Source: a virus (Duplodnaviria > Caudoviricetes). Taken from it: a DNA stretch of 64,000 nt. The translations under genes were made by a program, and so were the position numbers. The notes under the pieces were generated by a model. That model saw nothing but the letters and a program-made list of their open reading frames with translations. It had not been told where the DNA came from and made no database searches. Positions within the stretch are counted from its first letter, which is position 1, and the number at the start of each line of letters is the position of its first letter. The DNA is taken from positions 192,001 through 256,000 of the IMG/VR virus record IMGVR_UViG_3300031134_000001, one strand, 5' to 3'. Positions 7,621 through 17,007 of the stretch are shown piece by piece.

Positions 7621-7962
7621 ATGTGCGTAGTTTCCCATCAAGTCACGATGTCTCTTTGGCCCCAATGTACGGAGACGACCAACGAACTGCTCAAGCCTGA
7701 GTTAGTTACGTATCTCGTACAACCGCCAGTGTGGACCCAAGGAGACGATGTATCGTTAGAGATGTGGCTGGAACACCAAACCAAAATGAAGTTCTTGGTG
7801 GACCTGCGTAAGCGTGCTCAGTCAACACCCGAGTTGCACCACTTGTTAATCGGTGACCGCTTTACGATCCGCGGCACGATGCACGGATGGCTGGCACCTG
7901 TTGACGCCAAAGGTAATCGCCGTCAAAAGACGTATGTACCTCCCGATATAAAAGACGCATAA
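7621..7962 (+). CDS. hypothetical protein
   Basis: AAGGAAAAAG RBS. Confidence 0.7.
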   Translation: MCVVSHQVTMSLWPQCTETTNELLKPELVTYLVQPPVWTQGDDVSLEMWLEHQTKMKFLVDLRKRAQSTPELHHLLIGDRFTIRGTMHGWLAPVDAKGNRRQKTYVPPDIKDA

Positions 7963-8001
7963 CCCCCTCCCCTATCCTACTGGGATAGGGGGCGTATGCC
8001 G
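7957..8001 (+). terminator. GCATA-hairpin-TATGCCG element
   Basis: CCCCTATCC/GGATAGGGG stem with flanking motifs. Confidence 0.75.
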
Positions 8002-8068
8002 TTTGATAGAAAAGAATCGCCTGCTTCTAAGTTATAGCCACAATAACCAACAACATAAAGGAACAGCC

Positions 8069-8434
8069 ATGCTCACCATCTCCAAATCCCACAGCTTGCT
8101 CGCAGCAGAAGCTGTGGTCGCTATCTTTACCATTCTTAACAATGACGGCTCCGACATCGAAGAGGATGTTGATATCGAAATACAGGCAGCTACTGTTGGA
8201 CAGCGTTCGGCGCTTATGCTTGTCGATGAGACGGCAGGTAAAGTGGCGTGGATTTTACTTAATCGCTCTTCCGAAGGAATCCGGCTTCTGTTCGGTGAAC
8301 GTGAGAAGCGTAGTTATGATTTCGAAAATCATCACATTCCAAACGATTTTACTGAAGAATGTGATCTGAGGGACAACAGCTATTACGAAGCAGCCCAACG
8401 ACTCTACACCTTCTTTACTATCGCTAAGGATTAA
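8069..8434 (+). CDS. hypothetical protein
   Basis: Start at 8069 after TAACCAACAACATAAAGGA leader. Confidence 0.75.
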   Translation: MLTISKSHSLLAAEAVVAIFTILNNDGSDIEEDVDIEIQAATVGQRSALMLVDETAGKVAWILLNRSSEGIRLLFGEREKRSYDFENHHIPNDFTEECDLRDNSYYEAAQRLYTFFTIAKD

Positions 8435-8438
8435 CATC

Positions 8439-9578
8439 ATGTCGAAGGATGACAACGTCACACCCATCAATAAATCGGTCGCTGAAAGTCTCGCTCTGGG
8501 AGATGATCCTACCGATCCGCTTAACTACGGGTTGGAGCATCTGGCTAACTGGATTCCCAATGCGCACTGGCGTTTTGGCATGACCCCGCAGGAGTTCAAC
8601 CTGATGTTTTCCATCGACGCGGATCGACTGCCTACTCCGCTCGAATTCAGAGACTATCTTCTCCACGGCAAACCAGAAAAGAAAGATGGCGGTTACATCG
8701 ACATCCGTCAATTCTCCAGCAACCCGTTCGTGAGCGGCCCAGCAGGTGACGATGCAGCGCACAACGTCTGGTTCGACGCTACTTCGCCAAAGATATCCAA
8801 CCTGCGTCGGCCTGTTGATAAACCAAAAGAAGGTATCTTCCGCAAGCACGTATCCGCTAAGCCAAATAATTTCACCTTTGAAGAGCAAGGTTTCTCCTTC
8901 AAAGGCGTTATCGATTCCATCATCAATAACCCAGACGCCCGGCTGAATATCCTCGTTACGGGTGACGTGGATCAAAAGCCCACGTACGAGCAAATGCGTG
9001 AATACATCCTGGCCAAGGACAAGAGTCTGGATGTGTTGAATGATATCAACGTCGAATCGTGGATTCCGAAAGTTATCTGGATGGACCCTGAGACAAAGAT
9101 GCCGCTCGACGCATTACGCGATATGGACCAATACTTAAACTCCCATATTGCCCCTCCAACGCTGCGGGACACTTCGCCTTGGGTGTCCACAGTAAAGTCT
9201 CATCTGCGGGCCGCCATCGATCCATCCCACATTGTGCACAACACGATGCCGATGCCGCCTAGGGCAGACATGCGCTTGCCGTATCCAATAATTCGTTTTA
9301 GTGAAGCTGAACGAAAGATGATCGATAACGCAAAGGAAATATTCAAAAACCTGTTCGAACCTCCCTCTGGGTATTTCGGTCCAAAACATTTCGATCTTTG
9401 TATCGGTCGTCAAGAACAGCGGCGTGCTAAAACTACCCAGAAGTTGAAGCAAGCTGGTTATGTGCCCAAAGCAGCAACAGGTCCCAAGAAGCGCGGAGAT
9501 CGCAACGCTGTGCAGTTCGTACGTGATGTTAAACCCCATCCCTTGCTCAGGGGAATAATCAAGAAAACGGAGAGCTAG
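8439..9578 (+). CDS. hypothetical protein (379 aa)
   Basis: Long ORF with AAGGA RBS. Confidence 0.8.
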   Translation: MSKDDNVTPINKSVAESLALGDDPTDPLNYGLEHLANWIPNAHWRFGMTPQEFNLMFSIDADRLPTPLEFRDYLLHGKPEKKDGGYIDIRQFSSNPFVSGPAGDDAAHNVWFDATSPKISNLRRPVDKPKEGIFRKHVSAKPNNFTFEEQGFSFKGVIDSIINNPDARLNILVTGDVDQKPTYEQMREYILAKDKSLDVLNDINVESWIPKVIWMDPETKMPLDALRDMDQYLNSHIAPPTLRDTSPWVSTVKSHLRAAIDPSHIVHNTMPMPPRADMRLPYPIIRFSEAERKMIDNAKEIFKNLFEPPSGYFGPKHFDLCIGRQEQRRAKTTQKLKQAGYVPKAATGPKKRGDRNAVQFVRDVKPHPLLRGIIKKTES

Positions 9579-9579
9579 C

Positions 9580-9870
9580 ATGACTGCCAATAAATCGTCA
9601 ACGCTGTTTTTCGCTTACGAAGGTCCTTCGCCTTCGGTTATCGGCATCCTTCGTCAGATGAACAAAGCGGTAACCGGCGACCCTGATCGTGAGCCTACCA
9701 AAGAAGAATTGGCGCAGTTCCAAGCAAATCAACCGCGCTGTGTGGATTATATCACCAAGCTTCCCCGCGAGCCGATGACACCAGCAGAAATGGCTAACGC
9801 CAAAAAGCTGTTTGAATCCATGCGTAACTTCACAAACAACAACAAGGAAGACCAACATGAACCAAAATAA
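9580..9870 (+). CDS. hypothetical protein
   Basis: Abuts the previous gene; GGAG RBS. Confidence 0.7.
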   Translation: MTANKSSTLFFAYEGPSPSVIGILRQMNKAVTGDPDREPTKEELAQFQANQPRCVDYITKLPREPMTPAEMANAKKLFESMRNFTNNNKEDQHEPK

Positions 9871-10324
9871 CCAAGACGGCAGTCGTGGCGTCGTAATCGC
9901 CATTGAACAACTGACAGGCGAGGAGCCGATCGATGACAACCGCGCAGAGATGATCTTCGATCAAGGGCTGTCGATCAGTCACCAATCCACCATGCTGCTA
10001 AACGATACGTACAACATCGCACTGATTACCGGCATCGCTTGTGGCTCGTACGCTGAGTTGAACGAATTGTCAGAAAGTCGTAATAGCTCGTTCATTAAAA
10101 TCAACAACGAATGGCAGGAGCATAGTGGTAGTCACCGCAACCTAACTCGCGCGGAATCGATCGCCAAAACACTGCGCGCCATCGGCGGTGGTGAAGGTCT
10201 GAATTTCCCGATCACCTACAGCGAATACCAAAAACTGGTGGAACGTGTCCAAGAAGGCGATCTGCTTCTGGCCATCGCAGTGGTCGCCTCGATCGATGCT
10301 AAGGTAGCGAAAGTGAAAGGTTAA
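9857..10324 (+). CDS. hypothetical protein
   Basis: AAGGAAG RBS before ATG 9857. Confidence 0.75.
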   Translation: MNQNNQDGSRGVVIAIEQLTGEEPIDDNRAEMIFDQGLSISHQSTMLLNDTYNIALITGIACGSYAELNELSESRNSSFIKINNEWQEHSGSHRNLTRAESIAKTLRAIGGGEGLNFPITYSEYQKLVERVQEGDLLLAIAVVASIDAKVAKVKG

Positions 10325-10328
10325 AGTC

Positions 10329-10685
10329 ATGGATCAGAAAAAGATCGAGTACAAGGATGTTGGTGAACCCTTGATCGTCATCGACAGTATGGCCGACCTC
10401 GTGGATCGTCAACAGGCTAAGCTGGCCAAACTTCACGTGGGTGATATTCCAGGAAAGGTGTCCCTGATAAGCAGCCGACGCAATGGAAAGGATGGTCAGC
10501 GAATCACCATGAACGCGGCCATCGCTACCATTCTGGCTAATAAGTTCGGTGCTACCGCCCCTGCCATCAATGCAAATTACGAGCAGAGATTTGCGGGTGA
10601 CACCCACGGTAAGCCGAGTAAGCCGGCGGCGCCTAAAGAACAAGCCAGCCTGCTAGCGCGTGCGCTGATGCAGCGTCTTAAATAA
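10329..10685 (+). CDS. hypothetical protein
   Basis: Contiguous operon ORF. Confidence 0.7.
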   Translation: MDQKKIEYKDVGEPLIVIDSMADLVDRQQAKLAKLHVGDIPGKVSLISSRRNGKDGQRITMNAAIATILANKFGATAPAINANYEQRFAGDTHGKPSKPAAPKEQASLLARALMQRLK

Positions 10686-10695
10686 GGAACATTCC

Positions 10696-11052
10696 ATGAT
10701 TATCAAACAATCGAATTATGCGATCGTGAGCGGTCCTCGCCCCGATATTCCAGAAGAAGTAACAAAGCTTCAGAAAAAAGGTTGGATTGCTGTCGGCGGT
10801 GTTCACGTAACCATCGACGGCGTCGGCGCCGCGCAAGCCATGGTAATGCCAGCGCCAGAAAAGAAAGTGACCGACTATGTGTTAGCTTCTGAAGATAGCA
10901 CTGACGGTTTGGAAAAATCTGTCAACGCCATGCTTCATCAAGGTTGGTCGTTGCATGGCGGACCTGCCACGTCGACTCATGAACGACAGATGCACGGTAT
11001 GAAAATTCAATTTACCCGATATACTCAGGCGATGGTAAAGTACGATGCTTAA
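10696..11052 (+). CDS. tandem DUF1737-like domain protein
   Basis: Two repeats of Y..V.......V......GW...GG.......QAM(V). Confidence 0.7.
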   Translation: MIIKQSNYAIVSGPRPDIPEEVTKLQKKGWIAVGGVHVTIDGVGAAQAMVMPAPEKKVTDYVLASEDSTDGLEKSVNAMLHQGWSLHGGPATSTHERQMHGMKIQFTRYTQAMVKYDA

Positions 11053-11404
11053 CCTGAGCAAAGAGGAGTTGATTTACTTAGGCCAACTTACCATGGCCGC
11101 TAAGGGTGAACTGGCTACATCGATCACTGCGAAGATTAACGATGAGTTAACGCGCATCGAATCGATGGTGGGTAAGGATACCGTGATGGTGTCGTTGGTT
11201 TTCAAGATGAGCGAACAGATACTGGCTATAAAGTTCTATCGCGCTCTGACTGGCTTTGCTCTCAAAGAATCGCACGACTACGTTCGTAGCTGCATGCCTG
11301 GGGCTGTTACAGTAAAGATTTTGCGCAGTGAGTTAGAACATGCTCAAAAGCTTGCTGAACAATTTCCTGCAATTACGATGTTAGTTTCTGGTTATAGTTC
11401 TTAA
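11045..11404 (+). CDS. protein with ribosomal L7/L12 C-terminal-domain-like motif
   Basis: QILAIKFYRALTGFALKESHDYVRS resembles the bL12 CTD motif KI.xIK.VR..TG.GLKEAK..VE. Confidence 0.6.
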   Translation: MLNLSKEELIYLGQLTMAAKGELATSITAKINDELTRIESMVGKDTVMVSLVFKMSEQILAIKFYRALTGFALKESHDYVRSCMPGAVTVKILRSELEHAQKLAEQFPAITMLVSGYSS

Positions 11405-11419
11405 ATGAAGGAGTAGTAG

Positions 11420-11734
11420 ATGGCAAAGAAAGATGTGTACCCAGGCGCTCGGTGCCGTATCATCGGCTCGGCCGTAGGTCCTAAAGGGACGTCGGTGGGT
11501 CGTGTGTGTATTGCGCGCGGTCCTGCTAAATCCCTGACGGGAGAACCGCACACGCTGTGGGGTCGGTTCTGGGAATGTGAATCGGCTGATGGTAAACCGT
11601 TCGATATCAAATACGGTGATGGACGTATCGATCGCCGTATGGTGGCGGCATTTGCCGAGGATTGGCTCGAAGTCATCGAAGACGATGAAGACCTGCCGAA
11701 AGCGAAAGCCAAAGAACACGAGCTGGTTGACTGA
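11420..11734 (+). CDS. hypothetical phage protein
   Basis: AAGGAG RBS, 104 aa. Confidence 0.75.
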   Translation: MAKKDVYPGARCRIIGSAVGPKGTSVGRVCIARGPAKSLTGEPHTLWGRFWECESADGKPFDIKYGDGRIDRRMVAAFAEDWLEVIEDDEDLPKAKAKEHELVD

Positions 11735-11901
11735 TGACAACGTATAAACTTTTGGATGGCGCCACCAGTAAGCAGCTTGAGGTGAAAGTAAATATTCAGC
11801 TCAAGTTGGGCTGGAAGCTTCATGGTGGTACGTTTACGAACAACGGCTCCTTTTACCAAGCCATGATCGTCGCGCACCGTAAGACCGAAAAGGTCAACTA
11901 A
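11734..11901 (+). CDS. DUF1737-like small protein (55 aa)
   Basis: TGATG overlap; MTTYKLLDG...LGWKLHGGTFTNNGSFYQAMI; not in the ORF track. Confidence 0.7.
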   Translation: MTTYKLLDGATSKQLEVKVNIQLKLGWKLHGGTFTNNGSFYQAMIVAHRKTEKVN

Positions 11902-11914
11902 GAAAGGAATTATC

Positions 11915-12424
11915 GTGAACCAACCAATTGAACGCGGCAGCGCCGAATGGCATCGCCGAGTGCAGATGCTACTGCAAAAGCAAGTGGGTCTGATCAAAGA
12001 ACATGGCTATACGGTGCAGGGCGTATTTCCTAGCGACGAGGATACGCTGAAAGGTGATGGCAGCGACTCCTTCTTCTACACCATCGGTCTGTTCCAGAAG
12101 CGCTGGCCAGAGCTGCTGGTCTTGGGCGCACTGCACGGCGGTTCAGCTGCCGGTATCATCAAAGACGTCTACGACTTCTGGATGAAGAATGGTGACGCTT
12201 CGATCGGGGACATCCCAGCAGACGTGCCTGGCGGTAAGCTGCGCTTGAATCTAGTCCAACGCGGTGTCGGTCAGCAATTCACCGTCGGAGTTCGCACCTT
12301 CAAGCGCGACGAGATATACGAAGTGGTCCAGGTGCTCTGGCCCGATAACAAAGGTTGCCTGCCCGATGAGTCCGGTTATTCGACCGAAGCAGCACTCAAG
12401 CAAAAGATCTTGGAAAAGATTTAA
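11915..12424 (+). CDS. DUF4262-like protein
   Basis: HGYTVQGVF...FFYTIGL...PELLVLG and terminal QVLWPD.G.LP motifs. Confidence 0.65.
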   Translation: MNQPIERGSAEWHRRVQMLLQKQVGLIKEHGYTVQGVFPSDEDTLKGDGSDSFFYTIGLFQKRWPELLVLGALHGGSAAGIIKDVYDFWMKNGDASIGDIPADVPGGKLRLNLVQRGVGQQFTVGVRTFKRDEIYEVVQVLWPDNKGCLPDESGYSTEAALKQKILEKI

Positions 12425-12498
12425 TATCAAGGGCGTGACACCACCCCCCACGATCGTCAAATCCACACCCGTGGTCAACAACCGGAGTAATTGAACCC

Positions 12499-12729
12499 AT
12501 GGCGGGCATCATTCTTTTCGCAATCTGGCTTTTGATAGGCTGGATGTTTATATTTGCTCGAAGGGGACACACAGCAACACAAATCGCTCACGTCCGCCGA
12601 CAGGGGTTTCCACTATTTACAGCCATAGCCACGCTGTGCGTATTAACACTCTGGCCAATTGCCCCGGCAGTCCTGCGTGGACTGATCTGGGCACTGAATA
12701 AACTTCTCGACACTGAAGTCGACAAGTAA
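12499..12729 (+). CDS. small membrane protein
   Basis: Two hydrophobic segments. Confidence 0.6.
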   Translation: MAGIILFAIWLLIGWMFIFARRGHTATQIAHVRRQGFPLFTAIATLCVLTLWPIAPAVLRGLIWALNKLLDTEVDK

Positions 12730-12761
12730 CCTACAACTAACAACACAAAAGGAAAAGCACC

Positions 12762-13574
12762 ATGAAACAAATCTCGATCGTTACCGAACCAACCAAACCG
12801 CAATACGGCGCTTGGGGTTCTATCGCTCTGCGCCCACACAAGAAAAATATCGAACACCTGGACGATCTGCCGCTGGCGTATGTCATGCTGGCTAACTTCA
12901 ACACCGCCCAAAACATCATCCAACCACTCGATGTTGAGCTGCATGCCGCGGCCTTCGAAGAACTGAACTGGGATGTTGTCGCCCTGCAGATCGGTGAGGC
13001 CATCCAAAAGCTGGTATCGGAAAACACGCCTGAGGACACCGTCTACGAAATCCGCGCACCACACGGCTCCACCAACGGCTGTTCGCAAACCATGCTGACC
13101 AACGAAGCCCGACTCGAAGCCATCGGCAAAAACGTCATCATTCAATACCGCAATCGCCACTCTGGCTTCTATCAAGCCGTCAACAATGAGCCGTTGATGC
13201 ATTCCGGCATTAGCACTCATGGCAATATCATCAACATGCATCTGGCTGTCGGCGCAGGCATTACCTTCCAGACCTACAACGAGAAGGAGCAAGTCCGCGC
13301 TATCGAAAACGCAGTGGGTGGTTTCTACGGCACTTGCCGCCTCGACGGCGTGCTGAAGCATTTCTCGCTGACGCAGGAAATGCAGTATGGTTCGGCCGCG
13401 ATTCCCCTGAACGAATACGTCTTCAGCGACAACTTTTTGGTGCCGCTGATTAAGAATGCAGTGGGCGCAGCCTTCCCATTCCTGGACGCGCTGCACAACC
13501 CGCTCACAAAAATCTCGATCAGCTCGCGCGGCGACACCATGACCGATTGCGCTCTGCGCGGTCGTTCGTTCTAA
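12762..13574 (+). CDS. hypothetical protein, possibly related to the C-terminal half of the adjacent gp68-like protein
   Basis: 270 aa; AAC-rich leader; weak motif echo FSDNFLVPLI vs FANALTSPII. Confidence 0.75.
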   Translation: MKQISIVTEPTKPQYGAWGSIALRPHKKNIEHLDDLPLAYVMLANFNTAQNIIQPLDVELHAAAFEELNWDVVALQIGEAIQKLVSENTPEDTVYEIRAPHGSTNGCSQTMLTNEARLEAIGKNVIIQYRNRHSGFYQAVNNEPLMHSGISTHGNIINMHLAVGAGITFQTYNEKEQVRAIENAVGGFYGTCRLDGVLKHFSLTQEMQYGSAAIPLNEYVFSDNFLVPLIKNAVGAAFPFLDALHNPLTKISISSRGDTMTDCALRGRSF

Positions 13575-13579
13575 ACTCG

Positions 13580-13610
13580 CAGGAGGGGATCGCAAACCCC
13601 TCCTTTTTTC
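13580..13610 (+). terminator. rho-independent terminator
   Basis: GGAGGGG/CCCCTCC stem then T-tract. Confidence 0.7.
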
Positions 13611-13633
13611 TATCATCTTACCAGGATACTAAA

Positions 13634-15046
13634 ATGAACATTTCGCTCAAGATCACCAGCTTGCATTTCTCGAACATGGGAGCGCAGCAACAGCCGCACC
13701 ACCGCAGTTACTTGGCGGACTTTACCAATTCGACCAAAAAGAAAATCAAAGCGCTTGACGGTCAAGCCATGCGTCAAGCAGTGCGTCGCCTGTCCGCCGA
13801 CCATCCCGACAACGAAGAATACTTGCTCCACCCATTCGCTACCAACGTCGTGGGCTTTTCCGTACACAGCAAAGTCGTTCCTTTCCCCATGGGCAAACGT
13901 AATGGCTGGGAAGATGGTGTGGCAAGTTTTGTACTCCACGTTTCGGTGATGAATGGCGCTATGCCTAAGAAATACATCATCGCCGGTTACACCGATCGTC
14001 CTATCCCGGAAGACGGCGCAGCCTTTGATCCTGACATGCTGCTGATGATCAACTCGATCTTTGAAATTATCGAAGCACGTGGGTTCGGCGCCATCGTGCG
14101 TAACGCCAGTCATGTTCTGTCAAATCCGCAATACCACGGCCCGTATGGCGATGCAGATTCACCGAACAGTAATCCTCATCGCATGCGACCGCAAGAAGTC
14201 TTTGGCCGGATGGAAATCAACAGCATGCCTGAATTGATGAATGGTCAAAGCGTGTATGATACGCGTAGTGCACACACCTCTACAGCAATGCTCAGTAACT
14301 ACGGTTATAGCAATCCAGCGCACTGGCTAAGCACCATCGTTAACGCATCAGCCAAGCATCACATCCGCGAACTTCAAACGCCACATGAGTATCTTCAGAC
14401 GTCGACAGGGATCACGGCGCTCGCAAGTTCGGTGCGTGAACAAAGCGCACATGCAAATGTGTTCTTGGCGGCGCTGAAAAAAATCATCGGTCACGGCGCA
14501 CCTTCACCAATCTTTCAACTGAAAGACTTGGCGCCTATCGATACTGATTATCTCGATGTCTGCAATGTCGTTGAAGGATCGCGTCACCACATCGACATGG
14601 GCTTTGAAAGCTGGGGCGCTTTCGATTTGATGTCGTTGGCAGCGCACCACATCAACCAAGTCGTGCCAACGATTCTGGCTAAGCATGGTTTGCGCTCGAT
14701 TGCGTTTAACGCTTTCCTGGAAGCTGGAGCAGTCCAACAAGACGGCATCACCATCAGTAACGTTGGTGCTCTCGTTGGCGACACTGGTATGTCGCCGCAA
14801 ATGAACGTGGTGGAAGACCTGCGCTTGCAAGTGTTTGATGTTGTGGAAAAGATGTTGGGTGGTGACTATCGTTTTGCTGGTAAATTCGATCTGTTTGGCA
14901 CCAGTAAGTTCATGCTCGAACACCGCGGTGAGACGAAGCACTACGGCTTCCCAACGTTTGCCAATGCGTTGACGTCGCCTATCATTGCCGATCAGCTGGT
15001 TCTCGAACACATGGCTGCGGGTATTGAAGAAGCGCTGGTCTCGTGA
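13634..15046 (+). CDS. phiKZ gp68-like non-virion RNA polymerase specificity subunit (putative)
   Basis: Motifs NGW...F.L.V, IAGYTD, DPDM...INS, RMRP.EVF, PTFANALTSP recalled from gp68 homologs. Confidence 0.55.
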   Translation: MNISLKITSLHFSNMGAQQQPHHRSYLADFTNSTKKKIKALDGQAMRQAVRRLSADHPDNEEYLLHPFATNVVGFSVHSKVVPFPMGKRNGWEDGVASFVLHVSVMNGAMPKKYIIAGYTDRPIPEDGAAFDPDMLLMINSIFEIIEARGFGAIVRNASHVLSNPQYHGPYGDADSPNSNPHRMRPQEVFGRMEINSMPELMNGQSVYDTRSAHTSTAMLSNYGYSNPAHWLSTIVNASAKHHIRELQTPHEYLQTSTGITALASSVREQSAHANVFLAALKKIIGHGAPSPIFQLKDLAPIDTDYLDVCNVVEGSRHHIDMGFESWGAFDLMSLAAHHINQVVPTILAKHGLRSIAFNAFLEAGAVQQDGITISNVGALVGDTGMSPQMNVVEDLRLQVFDVVEKMLGGDYRFAGKFDLFGTSKFMLEHRGETKHYGFPTFANALTSPIIADQLVLEHMAAGIEEALVS

Positions 15047-15054
15047 TCATTTAA

Positions 15055-15098
15055 CGGCATAAGACAGAGAGCCTTCGGGCTCTCTTCTTTTTCTATGC
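15055..15098 (+). terminator. CGGCATA-hairpin-TATGC element
   Basis: AGAGAGCC-TTCG-GGCTCTCT plus T-tract. Confidence 0.8.
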
Positions 15099-15117
15099 TT
15101 TCTTTTTTTGTTTCCTT

Positions 15118-15381
15118 ATGCCGCCTGATGTAGAACTCAAAGAATTGTTAAAACGCGTTCGCGCCTGGCACACAGTCAGGATGCGAAGATACAAGAACGA
15201 CTTACCGGACGACGTCTACTACGCCGCTTACTTACCCAGCTTACAATTATACCAACGCGCTAAGCAGAGTTACTACCTTAGCGATTTACGAGAACTGCGC
15301 ATTATTGCAAGATCCGTCAATTACCACATTGAACCGTGGTCAGTGACGGCGTGGTACGCGTTAAACACTAAGAAGGTGTGA
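15118..15381 (+). CDS. hypothetical protein
   Basis: 87 aa ORF, weak RBS. Confidence 0.55.
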   Translation: MPPDVELKELLKRVRAWHTVRMRRYKNDLPDDVYYAAYLPSLQLYQRAKQSYYLSDLRELRIIARSVNYHIEPWSVTAWYALNTKKV

Positions 15382-15395
15382 ATTTATTTCACGCC

Positions 15396-15403
15396 TATAT
15401 CAC
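15396..15403 (+). promoter_or_regulatory. putative early promoter TATATCAC
   Basis: TTTCACGCC-TATATCAC-TTAGGTG. Confidence 0.65.
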
Positions 15404-15484
15404 TTAGGTGTTGTAGAGAGAAAACAACAACAGTTCTTTTCGTTATTTGACTTACTTACAAAAATCAACTACAGGAGTTAGATC

Positions 15485-16240
15485 ATGGCGGTGGCAGGAG
15501 CACATTACAAGAAGTTCAATGAAGACGAGTGGGACATTATCGAAGAACGCTTTCCGCCAAGCGTTTCGCATTACAAGCAGATTTTCGAAGAAGACCATCG
15601 CAAGCACTACAAGATCCGCGTAACGGAAAACGGCATCAAAGTCGATCGCGTCGTTATTATCAGTGACGTTGATTTCGACGACATGATTCACGTTACGATG
15701 GAAGAAGCGACGGTACATCCAGATTCGGACGATACCCATTTCGTCATGCACCGTGAAAAGTTTAAGATTCACGCTAACGTGCTGGATGAAGTTGAATTTC
15801 GCTTCAAGTATATCAGGTACTTCCTGATGCAAACGATCAACCCTAAAACCGTCCCACCGTTTGATCTGATCATTAAAGCTGAAAAGATTACGAAGGACTG
15901 GTTGGGTCGCAGCTCCACTAAAGTGGTGCTGTTTTTGGACAAAGGTGATGTCGGCGATCAATGGTGTTACAAGATCACGTCAGTGAGTTATCCTGACAAA
16001 ATCATCGTATCGCACCTCGACCCCGCTACGGCCGACGGCCCTCTGTACTCCAAGCTCGTGAACGTGTGGCATGATGGCCTACGTCAAGGACGACTGCAAG
16101 GCGTCGTAGAAGTGGGGGAAAAGATGGCGATGAATACCTTTCGTGAAGCGTTCACCGCCGGCCAAATCCTCCAAGGAGAAATCCCCGATTCCGTGCGCGA
16201 GTTCTTGCGAAACGGTTTTATTGACCAGCTGAAAAAATAA
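15485..16240 (+). CDS. hypothetical protein
   Basis: AGGAG RBS, 251 aa. Confidence 0.8.
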   Translation: MAVAGAHYKKFNEDEWDIIEERFPPSVSHYKQIFEEDHRKHYKIRVTENGIKVDRVVIISDVDFDDMIHVTMEEATVHPDSDDTHFVMHREKFKIHANVLDEVEFRFKYIRYFLMQTINPKTVPPFDLIIKAEKITKDWLGRSSTKVVLFLDKGDVGDQWCYKITSVSYPDKIIVSHLDPATADGPLYSKLVNVWHDGLRQGRLQGVVEVGEKMAMNTFREAFTAGQILQGEIPDSVREFLRNGFIDQLKK

Positions 16241-16248
16241 GGTACACC

Positions 16249-16986
16249 ATGGAAATTCGTAGACACGCTGGCAGTCTGGATGACTCGATAGCAACTGCCA
16301 AAGAGATCCCGAACACAATGGCCGCGATTCGCGCGTACGCTCTTGAGCAAGCGAAGTATCTCTCCTATACGGAAGAAGAACTGGCTTCGTTTGCTGTGGA
16401 ACCGCATAGCGGCCCTGATGAGCGCATTGGTTGGGATGCCACGTTCATCATCACGTACGTGAGTCACAACACCGGTAGCCGTGGTGTGTTTGGATTTTGC
16501 GATCAAGCGCCAGAGGAAGGCATTTACGCCAAACTTCTCAACCTCAATGGACCGACCCGCGGTGGCAACTTCTACCCGGCAGCGTTGATGGCAGAAGCGG
16601 TCAAGAAGTTCAATGCTAAGAACCGCGGAGAATTCTTCGGCGAGACGCGTACTCCCGATATATCGATCGAAGGTCTTGGGTTAGCACCTGATACTCCCTA
16701 TAAAGATCGCGCCGACGCGCAAATAAGGCGGGTCGCGATGGTGGCTGGTGATGAGATGGCTCTTCAAGGCACGAACTTGCGCATTGAAGACGGGTTCGTT
16801 GTCGCCACTGTTAAACCAGCAGGCGTGGCAGCTAACGTCGTGGAAATGTTACAAAATGCCGGTAAGGTACATTTCGCCATGCGCGCGTTTGTCAGCTACG
16901 AGTTTCAATTGCCGATGGACCAAGGCCCGCGGGTGGTGGATCGGTGCGACATCGTAACCTTCGATCTGTGTGATAAACCCCTGTAA
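16249..16986 (+). CDS. small phage domain fused to a degenerate T4 gp21-like (S77) prohead protease domain
   Basis: TRGGNFYP...FFGETRTP...FAMRA lines up with N.NGR.YP...LGEL.HP...SSRG but lacks the His and Ser. Confidence 0.5.
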   Translation: MEIRRHAGSLDDSIATAKEIPNTMAAIRAYALEQAKYLSYTEEELASFAVEPHSGPDERIGWDATFIITYVSHNTGSRGVFGFCDQAPEEGIYAKLLNLNGPTRGGNFYPAALMAEAVKKFNAKNRGEFFGETRTPDISIEGLGLAPDTPYKDRADAQIRRVAMVAGDEMALQGTNLRIEDGFVVATVKPAGVAANVVEMLQNAGKVHFAMRAFVSYEFQLPMDQGPRVVDRCDIVTFDLCDKPL

Positions 16987-17007
16987 CTGTAAGAAAGAAC
17001 CAACAAC

